Position numbers and translations under genes: made by a program | From: Octopus sinensis | Taxonomy: Eukaryota | Length of the DNA: 64,000 bases | NCBI RefSeq assembly: GCF_006345805.1 | Contig: NC_043019.1 | Coordinates: forward strand, 13,949,360 to 14,013,359 | Reading direction: 5' to 3' | The notes under the pieces: generated by a model | What the model was told of the DNA's origin: nothing | The model's input: the letters and a program-made list of their open reading frames with translations, nothing else | Databases searched by the model: none | In this document: positions 27,728 to 39,911 of the stretch, piece by piece | Layout of the letters: each line of letters opens with the position of its first letter | Position numbering within the stretch: position 1 is the stretch's first letter

Positions 27728-28017
27728 TATATGTATATATGTATGTATATATGTATGTATGTGTGTGTGTGTGTGTGTTGTGTATGTTTGTGTGTGTGTG
27801 TGTGTGTGTTTGTCCCAACACCCACCCCACTCCCAACATCGCTTGGCAACCGATACTGGAGCGTTCACGTCCCCGTAACCTAGCGGTTCGGCAAAGGAGA
27901 CCGATAGAATACGTACTAGGCTTGCAAAGAATAAGTCCTCAGGTCTGTTTGCTCCACTAAAGGCGGTGCTCCAGCATGGCCGCACTCAAATAACTGAAAC
28001 AAGTAAAAAAATAAAAG

Positions 28018-28061
<44 letters not shown>

Positions 28062-28084
28062 TATGTTATATATATATATATATA

Positions 28085-28130
<46 letters not shown>

Positions 28131-28141
28131 TATATATATAT

Positions 28142-28560
28142 AGGCGTAGGAGTGGCTGTGTGGTAAGTAGCTTGCTTACCAACCACATGGTTCCGGGTTC
28201 AGTCCCACAGCGTGGCACCTTGGGCAAGTGTCTTCTGCTATAGCCTTGGGCCGACCAAAGCCTTGTGAGTGTATTTTATAGACGGAAACTGAAAGAAGCC
28301 CGTCGTATATGTATATATATATATATATATATGTATGTGCGTGTGTTTGTGTGTCTGTGTTTGTCCCCCCCCCCAACATCGCTTGACAACCGATGCTGTT
28401 GTGTTTACGTCCCCGTAACTTAGCGGTTCGGCAAAAGAGTCCGATAGAATAAGTACTAGGCTTACAAAGAATAAGTCCTGGGGTCGATTTGCTCGACTAA
28501 AAGGTGGTGCTCCAGCATGGCCACAGTCAAATGACTGAGCCAAGTAAAAGAGTAAAAGAG
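28142..28560 (+). mobile_element. tRNA-derived CORE-type SINE, family A (representative full copy; ~35 full or partial copies, e.g. 882-1318, 10910-11320, 11325-11752, 13905-14308, 18174-18620, 20318-20737, 20790-21183, 24015-24443, 36145-36580, 38288-38763, 43399-43805, 53595-54015, 57624-57957, 62625-63090)
   Basis: A-box TGGCTGTGTGG, B-box GGTTCAGTCCC, CORE-like CACCTTGGGCAAGTG, internal variable (TA)/(TG) microsatellite, (AGTAAAAG)n tail. Resembles described octopus tRNA-SINEs; named-family assignment not verified. Confidence 0.9.
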
Positions 28561-28852
28561 TATATATATATATATATGTATGTATTCGTTGCTCACCTAT
28601 TAACAAGTCAGTCACGCTTTCTCTACGAAATCAATAAACGCATACACAGTCGCCCACGCAATATCTTTGTAGTCAGTCACGCTATTCTCTTGGCAATTGG
28701 TAAATACGTAGCACCGCCTCCGCATTATTCTTGCGTTCTGATTTGTTCGACGAAAATCGGCCACGCTTTTCTTTTGAGCAAATTGATCACTTAACTGACG
28801 ACAGCCAATTCCCCAGCCAGCGGTGCTTTTATTTGGGGTAATCAGTCACGTG

Positions 28853-28887
<35 letters not shown>

Positions 28888-29067
28888 ACAGTGTGACTGC
28901 GTGGTAAGAAGTTTGCTTTCCAGTCATACGGTTCCGGGTTCAGTCCCACTGCATGGCACCTTAGGCGAGTGTCTTCTACAAAAGCTCCGGGCCGACTAAA
29001 AGCCTTGTGAGTGAATTTAGTAGAGGGAAACTGAAAGAAGCCCATAGAGTTCATATACACACACACA

Positions 29068-29113
<46 letters not shown>

Positions 29114-29117
29114 ACAC

Positions 29118-29167
<50 letters not shown>

Positions 29168-29517
29168 TATATATATATATATATATATACATACCTGGCT
29201 TAGTGCAATTGACTTGTCTCTTCTCATACATATATATATATATATACAACATGTATGTATGTATCTATGTATGTATGCATGTACGTATGTATCTATACAC
29301 ACACACATACACAATATAACTGTGTGTGTGTCGTTCTCCAGCACCACTTGGTTTGTTTACGTCCTCGTAACTTAGAATTTCGGCACAAGAGACCGATAAA
29401 ACAGAATCAGTACCAGACTCTAAAAAAGAAGTACTGGAGTAGATTTTTTCGACTAGAACCCTTAAGATGGTGCCCCCAGCATGGCCGCAAACCGTTGACT
29501 GAAAACAAGATAAGAGA

Positions 29518-29587
<70 letters not shown>

Positions 29588-30289
29588 CTAACCAACGCAT
29601 CATTTGCGGTGTGTAGTCAATCAGTCACGCTTTAGTCTCAGTAATCGATGAATAATTGATCATAATAACTCCCCAGCTACCCGTGTATTCATTCGGGTAC
29701 ATAGTCACGCATTCTCCCAAACAATCGATGCATATGTAAGCCATAAGTATTTCGTGAACCAAACACCCACCCACCCACGCTGTATTTGCGTTGTATAGTG
29801 GAGTCAGATGGCCACGCTTTCTCACAAAAATCGATAAATAATCGATAATATATTTCCTCAGCTACCCACGCATTTATTCGGGTATGTCAGTCAGCCAGTC
29901 AATCTGTCAGTCACGTTTCACACGCGTGTCTCTGCGATCGAGAGGCTTACACCTCATGAATAATTCAGCAGCCACCCACGCGCTGTTTTGTCAAGCAGCA
30001 AGTCAATAACGCCTTCAATCTGCAACAAAAGTTCGATTTATAGACATAAACAAATACATCGAAATATCGTCCAATGACCGAAACGAGTCGATAAGATCTT
30101 TAAAATTAGGTTGTCGTTATTCTTTCTACTTGTTTTGGCCACTGGACTGAGGCCATGCTGGGGCACCTCCTGGATAGGTTTTAGCCGAATAAATTGACCC
30201 CCCAAGAAATTATATATATATGCCCGACGCCATGATAGATCGTTAGCTCCCACACGCATTTTTTTCTCTCCTTGTTTTTTTTCTGTGTA

Positions 30290-30327
30290 TCTTTCTGTCG
30301 AAGAGCGTAGGCTCGAAACGTAAAAGA
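30290..30327 (+). ncRNA. Minimal type I hammerhead-like motif (non-canonical core)
   Basis: TCTTT-CTGTCGA-a-GAGC-gtag-GCTC-GAAAC-GTA-AAAGA: 5-bp stem I, 4-bp stem II, ACGT stem III; A6>U. Host element ~30232-30423 ends in (TA)n. Confidence 0.55.
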
Positions 30328-30421
30328 CTTGCTCTATTCTATTCCTGAGCGCCATACTAATACATTTATTTATTTGTACTCCACCTGCCTTCGTCTTGTT
30401 TTATTTTCGTAAACCTTCCCG

Positions 30422-30467
<46 letters not shown>

Positions 30468-30611
30468 TATATATATATTATATATATATATATATATCAG
30501 CCGAAATTGCGAGGATGATCCGGTTCTTGACTGAAGATTAAAGGCTTCGAATGACCAGTCCGTGTTTTTTGTATCGTCCATCTGGATGTTTTGCGTTCTT
30601 GTCCCATTTTG

Positions 30612-30665
<54 letters not shown>

Positions 30666-30682
30666 AGAGGGAGAGAGACAGA

Positions 30683-31030
30683 GAGAGCAATAAGAAAATG
30701 GAGGGGATCAATAGATGGTTCATTAACTTTTAGACATTATATTATGTCTATTTATTTATTTATTAACTAAAATGACAATTACAAGAATATACATACATGT
30801 ATAACATATTATGCTTTTCATATAAAATATATAAAGATACCAGTAATTATTAAAATATATAACATACAGGAATAGAAACTGGGAAAATATCTTACAGCTG
30901 TTTCAGGCAAGAGGCAAAAATACTTCATTCTACCTTTATCCTTCCAGTAGACTGAAGTAATTAGTCGATAAAATTGAGGTAAAGTTGATGAACCACCTCT
31001 TGATCCCCTCCATTTTCTTATTGCTCTATA
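30683..31030. mobile_element. PLE-like element with ~45-bp inverted termini and HHR 3' half (minus-strand GAAACAGCTGTA at ~30893-30904)
   Basis: agagcaataagaaaatggaggggatcaa... / ...ttgatcccctccattttcttattgctct. Confidence 0.55.
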
Positions 31031-31619
31031 AATTAATGGTAAAATATCTCTTTACCCTTACCCATTTAGTACACTCGGTAATGTAATTGCAATCCTTCAA
31101 GGCGATGCCCCCAGCGTGGTCAAAGTCAAATGACAGTAAAAGGGCGAAAGGTCATTCAACGGGTAATAACTCTGTCTATATGATAAATATCACACAAAAA
31201 TTTAACGGCCGATAACGATTCAGTCTCTTAAATGACCGATGCGGTGCTTTGTCCACTTGAAACACCAACCATCAGACAGTTTTGAGGCCGAATTTTATTG
31301 CTAGACATAAATAATATATATTGATTACTCAATTTGGGATGGCAATCATACAAGATAACTTGTTGCTCGATTGATTAGGAGATGCAAGCCGCAAACACAA
31401 TATTGGGAAATAAATATTTTTAGATCTTTTTCTTTTTGGTAATTTTTTTTTTCACTAGAGCGAAAACTAAATATATTATAAACTACGTTATGCATAATTC
31501 CCAAAGGATTTCAGTCAAAAAATAGTTTTCGAAACACATAAATCAGATAAAAAAAATAATAAAAACATACATACATATAACAGGTCACTTGAGAAACTTG
31601 GGCGACGGACGTATCATAC

Positions 31620-31680
31620 ATAGATATATAAGTATATGTGTATATATATGTATATGTGATATATACATATATATTATATA

Positions 31681-31736
<56 letters not shown>

Positions 31737-32037
31737 CATTTATATACATATATATATATACATATATATACATATATATATATATACATATATATACATA
31801 TATATATATATACATATATACACATATATATATACACATATATATATACATATATACATATATATATATATACATATATACACACATATACACATATATA
31901 CACATATATACATATATACACATATATACACATATATACATATATACACATATATATACATATATATACATATATATACATATATATACATATATACATA
32001 TATATATATACATATATATACATATATACATTTATAT

Positions 32038-32075
<38 letters not shown>
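31620..32075. repeat. Long (TA)/(TACA) microsatellite (others: (GATA)n 16821-17042, (TACA)n 39705-39910, 47770-48104, 54310-54808, 60380-60710)
   Basis: Direct inspection. Confidence 0.95.
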
Positions 32076-32077
<2 letters not shown>

Positions 32078-32941
32078 TCCGTTGTTATGGAATTATTGAA
32101 AGTGAAGCTAAACAAAGTTAATGTTGATCATAAAAATAATGGTTGATTAAAGATGATGTAACCGTTAAAAATGATTATAAACATACATTATTCATATATA
32201 TATACAACAAATCACTTGTGAAATTTGAACGACAACAGATATCGTATTTGATGGCATAAAAGAATCACGGGTATATTAGATGCATCCCGATTTCAGCAGC
32301 GAAGATTCAGTAAAAATGTTGTTTTTTTTCATACATTAAAACTAATAAGAGGCCCAACTTGGCATATAAGGCCCAGGTAGTTTTTTTTTTTTTTTTTTTT
32401 AGACATTTTCTTTCAGAAAACTGCATTTTATAAGCCATCAAATAAGTTTAATATTTTGCTATCGAAACAATGAATGTGAAAGTACATAAAGTTAATGTTG
32501 ATCATAAAAAAATAATTCGTTAAAGTTGATTTAACAGTTAACTTTTGTTTTTTTTAAATAAAAATACACATTAATCAAATATATAAATTTGAGCGATAGA
32601 TTCATATTTCTGCTATCAAAACACTGACTATGAAGTTAAACATGGTTAATGTTGATAGTAAAAAAATTGTTGATTAAAGAAGATTTACAGTTAAAAATTA
32701 TTGCATAGCTTCAGATGTGCCCCCCCCCCCATACACACATACTTATAAACACATAAGACTTTGTTTCCTCATAACTTTCTAAAAAAAAATGAATATTTTT
32801 TTTTAGATAAAATTTTCAACAAATACGTTCAGATGGCGAAGATTACAATTATATTGAATTTGAGTGAAGGGGAAGAATAATTTTTTTTGTGTGTTTGCGG
32901 AAACAAAGTGAAGATGTGCGAATTATCCGACCCCCATCCCC

Positions 32942-33349
32942 GGATCTTTTCGGTCTGAACGGCAGTTTTAAACATAATTTCCACGTAACTAAACACTTTT
33001 AAACTTCGTATACTGGTAGAATGTGTTTATAAAACATCTCTTTCTCTTGGCTTTATTGAGAAAATTCTATAGTTTGTAAGATATTTGTTGTTTTTTCTTC
33101 AATTTCTGCAACTTCAACCAATCAATGACGTCCATTGAGGTGAAAGCATTCTGTGCCGTATGAATAAGTCCCTCGTTTAAGAAACAGATTGGGTTTATTT
33201 ACATTTGTGAAGAAAAAAAAATACCCTTCCCCCCACCCCTAACCCTAAAACAGATTGAAATGCCATAGATCGATATTAGGGTCATAATTATGGGTGACAA
33301 TTTCATATGACAACGCTAGAAAAAACTGCCGGTCAAACCGAAAAGATCC
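32942..33349. mobile_element. MITE with GGATCTTTTCGGT TIRs and an internal CCCTAA repeat
   Basis: GGATCTTTTCGGTCTGAACGGCAGTTTT / AAAACTGCCGGTCAAACCGAAAAGATCC. Confidence 0.8.
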
Positions 33350-33501
33350 TTTTTTTTTCTGTGTTGGTAATGGATTCACACACCTCACCAAAACGTTTGA
33401 GGAAACAAAGTGAAGATGTGCGAATTATCCGACCCCCATCCCCAATTATCCGCAAGGGGTCTTCCACATCAAATTTAGATGGTAATTTTATACCATCTAA
33501 A

Positions 33502-33929
33502 GGCGATCTTTCGTCTCTAGTAGACCTTTCCGTCGATTTCCGTAAAAAAAATTTTTTTTTTTACATATGGGCTTGCGGGAACTTTTGAAGTAATATACAT
33601 ACATATACACATACACTGAGTAAAAAATTTCAGTTATCTCTTTCTTTCACACATTACTCTGTCTCTTCACACACACTAACAGAAGCACTTCACTTACACA
33701 ACATACTGCCTGTCTCCCACACCCCATCAAACACACACACACACACACACACACGTACATCAATGCTTGCCATGCACGGTAACTTCAAAAGAACTTCCCT
33801 CGTCATAAAATGGCTTTCTCTTAGTCTCTTTCGCTCTCATTACTTCAAAAGTTCCCGCAAGCCCATATGTAAAAAAAAAAAATTTTTCCGGAAATCGACG
33901 GAAAGGTCTACTAGAGACGAAAGATTGCC
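33502..33929. mobile_element. MITE with ~92-bp near-perfect TIRs
   Basis: GGCGATCTTTCGTCTCTAGTAGACC...GAAGTAAT mirrored at 33839-33929. Confidence 0.85.
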
Positions 33930-34384
33930 TCCATCCTCCCCACCAACGCCATATCAGGAAAATTTTTCTCATAACAAATCCCCTAACCCCTAATCTACGC
34001 CATCTTAAATGTATCTCTGGAAAATTTCATTGACAAATATGCATCTTTCTGAAATTTACAGAGAAACAAATTCGCTGGAGGTGACGCATATCTGTAGCTT
34101 ATGCCAAAATTATTATAAAATACACATAAATTAAATAAACATAACATGATCACTTGTTATATTTGAGCGACAGACATATTCTGCTATCAAAATATTGATA
34201 TTTAAAACAAAATTTATGTCGATCATCAAAAATGGCCGATTAAAGCTGATTTAAGCATGTTTTTATAATAATTTTTAATCAAATGTTTTTTTGTAAATAA
34301 TGCTTAAAATATTTATTTTAGAATACAAATTTCCTTGCGCTTTATTTATTATATATATTTGTTTTAGATATTAACGGCTCATAA

Positions 34385-35530
34385 TGCAGTGAGATGGCAG
34401 AAACGTTAGCACGCCGGGCGAAATGCGTAGCGGTATTTCGTCTACCGTTACGTTCTGAGTTCAAATTCCGCCGAGGTCGACTTCGCCTTTCATCCTTTCG
34501 GGGTCGATTAAATAAGTACCAGTTACGCACTGGGGTGAATGTACTCGACTTAATCCGTCTGTCTGTCCTTGTTTGTCTACTCTGTGTTTAGCCCCTTGTG
34601 GGTAGTAAAGAAATAGGTATTTCGTCTGCCGTTACGTTCTGAGTTCAAATTCTGCCGAGGTCGACTTTGCCTTTCATCCTTTCGGGGTCGATTAAATATG
34701 TACCAGTTACGCACTGGAGCCGATGTAATCGACTTAATCCGTCTGTCTGTCCTTGTTTGTCTCCTCTCTGTGTAGCCCCTTGTGGGTAGTAAATAAATAG
34801 GTATTTCGTCCGTCTTTACGTTTTGGTTTCAAATTCTATGGACGTCGACTTTACATTTCATTCTTTCGAGATCGATAAAATAAGTACCAGTTGAGCACTG
34901 GAGTCGATGTAATCGACTTATCAGTCTCCCGAATTTGCTGGCCTTGTGCCAAAATTTGAAGCCAATATTATTTTTGTGAATGTTAGGCAGCGAGCTGGCA
35001 GAATCGTTAGTACGCCGGGCGAAATGCCGGTCGACTTTGCCTTTCGGGGTTGATTAATTAAGTACCAGTTACGCACTGGGGTCGATGTAATCGACTTAAT
35101 CCGTTTGTCTGTCCTTGTTTGTCCCATCTGTGTTTAGCCCCTTGTGGGTAGTAAAGAAATAGGTATTTCGTCTGCCGCTACGTTCTGAGTTCAAATTCCG
35201 CCGAGGTCGACTTTGCCTTTCATCCTTTCGGGGTCGATTAAATAAGTACCAGTTACGCACTGGGGTCGATGTAATCGACTTAATCCGTTTCTCTGTCCTT
35301 GTTTCCCTTCTCTGTGTTTAGCCCCTTGTGGGTAGTAAAGAAATAGGTATTTCGTCTGTTTTTATGTTCTGAGTTCAAATTCCGCCGAGGTCGACTTCGC
35401 CTTTCACTCTTTCGAGGTCGGTAAATTAAGTACCAGTTACGCACTGGGGTCGATGTAATCGACTTAATCCGTTTGTCTGTCCTTGTTTGTCCCCTCTGTG
35501 TTTAACCCCTTGTGGGTAGTAAAGAAATGG
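34385..35530 (+). mobile_element. SINE family B multimer cluster (two arrays of three units, 184-bp period)
   Basis: Unit starts GGTATTTCG at 34432, 34616, 34800, 35162 and 35346; the third unit is older and carries an alternative tail. Confidence 0.88.
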
Positions 35531-35823
35531 GTAAAATGTTTTTACGTCTCACCTGAAAAGAAAGGCGGGGCTGGAGAGAAGGGGTCTGTCACAGAGTGTG
35601 CTTCAAAAACGATGGACACGTGTTGCACACATGTTGGGAGTGAAAGGCCCTTCGCAAGCATGTCATAACGGAAATGCAAGGTGGCGGTAAAAAGGGCAGG
35701 GTTCGTGGGGTCGGAGCAAATCTGTCTTCTTTTAACCTCATGCTGCCCTCATTGTTTGTTAATATCTTTTGTGCCCCATTCGATGTTATGTTTTTATAAA
35801 TTTTTAACCAACTCATTCGTTGT

Positions 35824-35981
35824 ATATGACCCCCAGATCATATTGCATATGACCCCCAGATCATATTGCATATGACCCCCAGATCATATTGTATATGACC
35901 CCCAGATCATATTGCATATGACCCCCAGATCATATTGCATATGACCCCCAGATCATATTGCATATGACCCCCAGATCATAT
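35824..35981. repeat. 23-bp minisatellite x7 (ATATGACCCCCAGATCATATTGC)
   Basis: Direct inspection; lies within the minus-strand Helitron-like copy ending ~36120. Confidence 0.9.
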
Positions 35982-36308
35982 CGATGTTCGTCTGTATGGA
36001 CAATAATAAAATCGAATGTCCTCCTATAATTGGAGCGACATGCGAGCTAATTTGTGGACGTGCATAAGTTACATTCACGTACACACACACACATCCTGCC
36101 TTTTATATATAAACAGATAATTTCATAATAAAATCTTAAATAATAGGCGCAGGAGTGGCTGTGTGGTAAGTAGCTTGCTTACCAACCACATGGTTCCGGG
36201 TTCGGTCCCACTGCGTGGCACCTTGGGCAAGTGTCTTCTGCTATAGCCTCGGGCCGACCAAAGCCTTGTGAGTGGATTTGGTAGACGGAAACTGAAAGAA
36301 GCCTGTCG

Positions 36309-36356
<48 letters not shown>

Positions 36357-37056
36357 GGTGTGTATGTGTGTCTGTGTTTGTTCTCCCACCATCGCTTGAC
36401 AACCGATGCTGGTGTGTTTACGTCCCCGTCACTTAGCGGTTCGGCAAAAAGAGACCGATTGAATAAGTACTGGGCTTACAAAGAATAATTTCCCGGGGTC
36501 GATTTGCTCGACTATAAAGGCGGTGCTCCAGCATGGCTGCAGTCAAATGACTGAAACAAGTAAAAGAGCAAAAAGAGTAATAGACACACTTAACAATGGT
36601 GAGCATAACGATCGTCTGTCGTCTGGATGTGGCCGAACTTCGCTGAGACAAATTTTGCAAACAAGTACATTTCTGCGCACACCCACAACAAAAAAATTGG
36701 AGGGGAATTTTGTTCATAAGAACCAGCAAGAGAATGGACAGAGCCATTTATTTCATATAAACCAATAAAGTGAAATAAAACAAAAATAAATTAGGGAACC
36801 TATGAGGTCATTCGATATGCTAGAAATAGCAGCCAAATCTGCTTCGATTCACTCACTGCCACATTTCTTTTTTTCTTTTTAAAGAAGATAAGACATCAAA
36901 TAATATAGTTTTAGGTCCCATAAGATTGGATGGTCACGGCCGGTATGAGTTTGATTACATGTTCGCTGAATCAGGGCTAACAAGAACAAACTTTGAATAC
37001 ATTTAGCCAAACATTATAGTCTTTTGTCCGGTTTTTATAAGCGAGGAAACGAAAAT

Positions 37057-37090
37057 ACTGACATTTTGAGCATAGCCCTTCGTCGGAGAG
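37057..37090 (-). ncRNA. Degenerate hammerhead motif
   Basis: Minus strand: ct-CCGACGA-a-GGGC-tat-GCTC-aaaat-GTC-ag; GAAAC has decayed. Confidence 0.35.
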
Positions 37091-37534
37091 AATATATATT
37101 CATAAAACATAAAATATTTAGATCAATTTAAACATAAAGTTTGTATCAAAGGACCAAGGGTGGTCTCAAACAGGGTGGCATCAAAATATGTAGCATTTTT
37201 GACCAGTTCCCAATAAAATACATGGGTCGTAATTATATCTTTTTTATTTTGTCCTACATGTGAGTCGTGGGAACCCGAAATCCATAGATTATTATTCCCA
37301 CACGTTGCTATACTGTATGGAGTTAGACTTACCTCGTCAGATTCATTCTTAAGATTTCATCTGTGACATTAATCGATAATTTCCTGCACGTTTATCGCTC
37401 CATAATCGAAATATTTAATCCTCTTCTTCCCTATTTTTGTTTTTTTTTTAATTTGTTTTTAGTGGTAATTATAAAGTAAAATGTTATTCGGATTTTGACA
37501 GACAGAAAAATCATACGAAGATGCCTAAAAGTTT

Positions 37535-37942
37535 GGTACCACTTGAGAACAGTGGTCCCGGTGCGCGCTAGTCATGACTAGTCGATCCTTACTTTGTGTT
37601 TTTGTGTTATTTTGTTTTAAAATTATTTACTTTGTGCTTTTGTGTTTTATTTAGTGTTTAACAAAAATTATTTACTTTGTGTAAAAAAAAAAATATTTAT
37701 TTTGTGTTTTATTTACTTTGCTAGGTAGTCATTGTAGGATCGACTAGTCACGACTAGCTAGCGCGGATGCACGAGTGCGCGCACCTGGACCACTGTTCTC
37801 AAGTGGTACCTATTTCTTTACTACCCACAAGGGGCTAAACATAGAGGGGACAAACAAGGACAGACATAGGTATTAAGTCGATTACATCGATCCCCAGTGC
37901 ATAACTGGTACTTAATTTATCGACTTGTTCTCAAGTGGTACC
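37535..37942. mobile_element. Merlin-like MITE, with a SINE B insertion that duplicated part of its TIR
   Basis: TIR GGTACCACTTGAGAACAGTGGTCC; 8-bp TSD AAAAGTTT at 37527-37534 and 37943-37950; related half-element at 38116-38285. Confidence 0.75.
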
Positions 37943-38550
37943 AAAAGTTTAATGGTGGCCCCCCTCCATATACGTTTCATGACAGCATATGGAGGGCCCT
38001 TCACGATGTACATGAATGATTATATATAATATCAACGGTATTGAAATGACAAAAAGTTTTAGTTTAGTTGCTTGACCGACTCAATGAAGCTTCTAAACTT
38101 CTTTTAACAAACTTCGGTACTTCTAGCGAACAGTGGTTCCGGTGCGCGCACTCGCGCATCCGCGCTAGCTAGTCGTAAGTAGTCGATCCTACAACGACTT
38201 TTTAACCCTAACTCTAACCTTAATTTGTTTATAAAAGTAATTTGTTTACTTAGTTTAAGAAATTATTTACTTTGCGTTTTATTCACTTTACTCTCTTTTA
38301 CTTGTTTCAGTCATTTGACTGCGGCCATGCTGGAGCACTGCATTTTTTTTTAATCGAGCAACTCGACCCCGGGACTTATTCTTTGTAAGCCCAGTACTTA
38401 TTCTATCGGTCTCTTTTGCCGAACCCCTAAGTAACGGGGACATAAACACACCAGCATCGGTTGTCAAGCAATGCTAGGGGGACAAACACAGACACACAAA
38501 CACACACACACGCATATATATATATAATATATATATATATATTATATATA

Positions 38551-38599
<49 letters not shown>

Positions 38600-39056
38600 T
38601 ATATACGACGGGCTTCTTTCAGTTTCCGTCTACCAAATCCACTCACAAGGCTTTGGTCGGCCCGAGGCTATAGTAGAAGACACTTGCCCAAGGTGCCACG
38701 CAGTGGGACTGATCTCGGAACCATGTAGTTGGTAAACAAGCTACTCACCACACAGCCACTCCTGTTTCGAAAAATATTAGGATCTTTTCGGTTAGAAGGG
38801 CAAAAATCAATATTCTGACATTTCTGCTATTATGTAGTAATGATGATGATAATTATTACCATAATTATTATGACATAATATGGAGAATTGGTATACCACT
38901 AGATGAATTGTATAAAATCCCATTTGGGTCAGCTTTGTCTTTCATCCTTCATAATAAATGTCAGGCAGATACTGTAATTGCCCTGACAAGAAAAAAAAAA
39001 CGTGTTTTGTGCCAATGTTAGTCGAGTTATATCGAAGGAATGCCTAAACATTTTAT

Positions 39057-39223
39057 GGATCTATTCTATCTCATGCACAAAGTGTTTACTTAGAAAAAAA
39101 ATTGGATCTTTTCCTTTTGAAGAAAGTGTTTAGTTAACTAGAAATTGTGTTGAAATCTGGCCTTCAAAAGGAAAAGATCCAAAAAATTAATTAAGAAACC
39201 TGTGCATGAGATGGAACAGATCC
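39057..39223. mobile_element. Nested miniature MITEs (77-bp element 39104-39180 inside a ~90-bp element)
   Basis: Inner TIR GGATCTTTTCCTTTTGAAG with 8-bp TSD AAAAAATT; outer TIR GGATCTATTCTATCTCATGCACA. Confidence 0.7.
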
Positions 39224-39880
39224 AAAAAAAAAATAAATAATAGAAAATGTGGAACGGATCCAAAAAAAATTGAAATTTTGATTTTTTTTTTTTAAACAAT
39301 TATATCAAACGTTTAAAATATAATTTTGAATAAAAAAAATAATGAGAATTCGTAAAAGCAGAATGTCAAAACGAAAACATTACTGAAAGCAACACGAGGA
39401 AGAAATTTTCATTTTGTTTTGTTATTTTCCGCATAGAATCGTAATTAAAGGTAAAGAATACGCACTCGGGGTGTTTAGGGTTAGGGTTACGCCGAAAACG
39501 GAGGGTGCGCGTGTTCTTTACCCCCGCCACTATTAAAACAAATACATCGAATGAAATATTACGGTTTTTTTTTTCTTTTGTGGGTTAGATAATTTCCGAC
39601 TCTATTCTCTTAGATTACCCTTTCATATATAATAGAATACGTATTAAAATAAGTAACAACCACCAAGCTTCATTTAATTGAATGAATATATACACGCGTA
39701 CGTACACACATACACACATACATACATACATACATACATACACACACACACATACATACATCATACATACATACATACATACACACACATACATACATAC
39801 ATACACACGTACATACATACATACATACATACATACATACATACATACATACATCATACATACATACATACATACATACA

Positions 39881-39911
<31 letters not shown>

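Larger units (their letters stand above)
32703..34103. mobile_element. Older long-TIR MITE hosting the two MITEs above (related copies 39914-40530, 25935-26160)
   Basis: GCATAGCTTCAGATGTGC / GCATATCTGTAGCTTATGC ends; shared GACTTTGTTTCCTCATAACTTTC subterminal block. Confidence 0.55.

Noticed and set aside
30520-30562. Additional hammerhead (CTGAAGA...CGAATGACCAGTC)
   Set aside because: GAAA core and stems too degraded to call.
31511-32146. Long YI/HT/CV/MYVC dipeptide ORFs (dozens in the track)
   Set aside because: Microsatellite artefacts.
34385-35530. CRISPR-like array, or hammerhead/HDV retrozyme within the 184-bp units
   Set aside because: No unique spacers or cas genes; no CUGANGA core on either strand and no convincing HDV P1 pairing found by eye.
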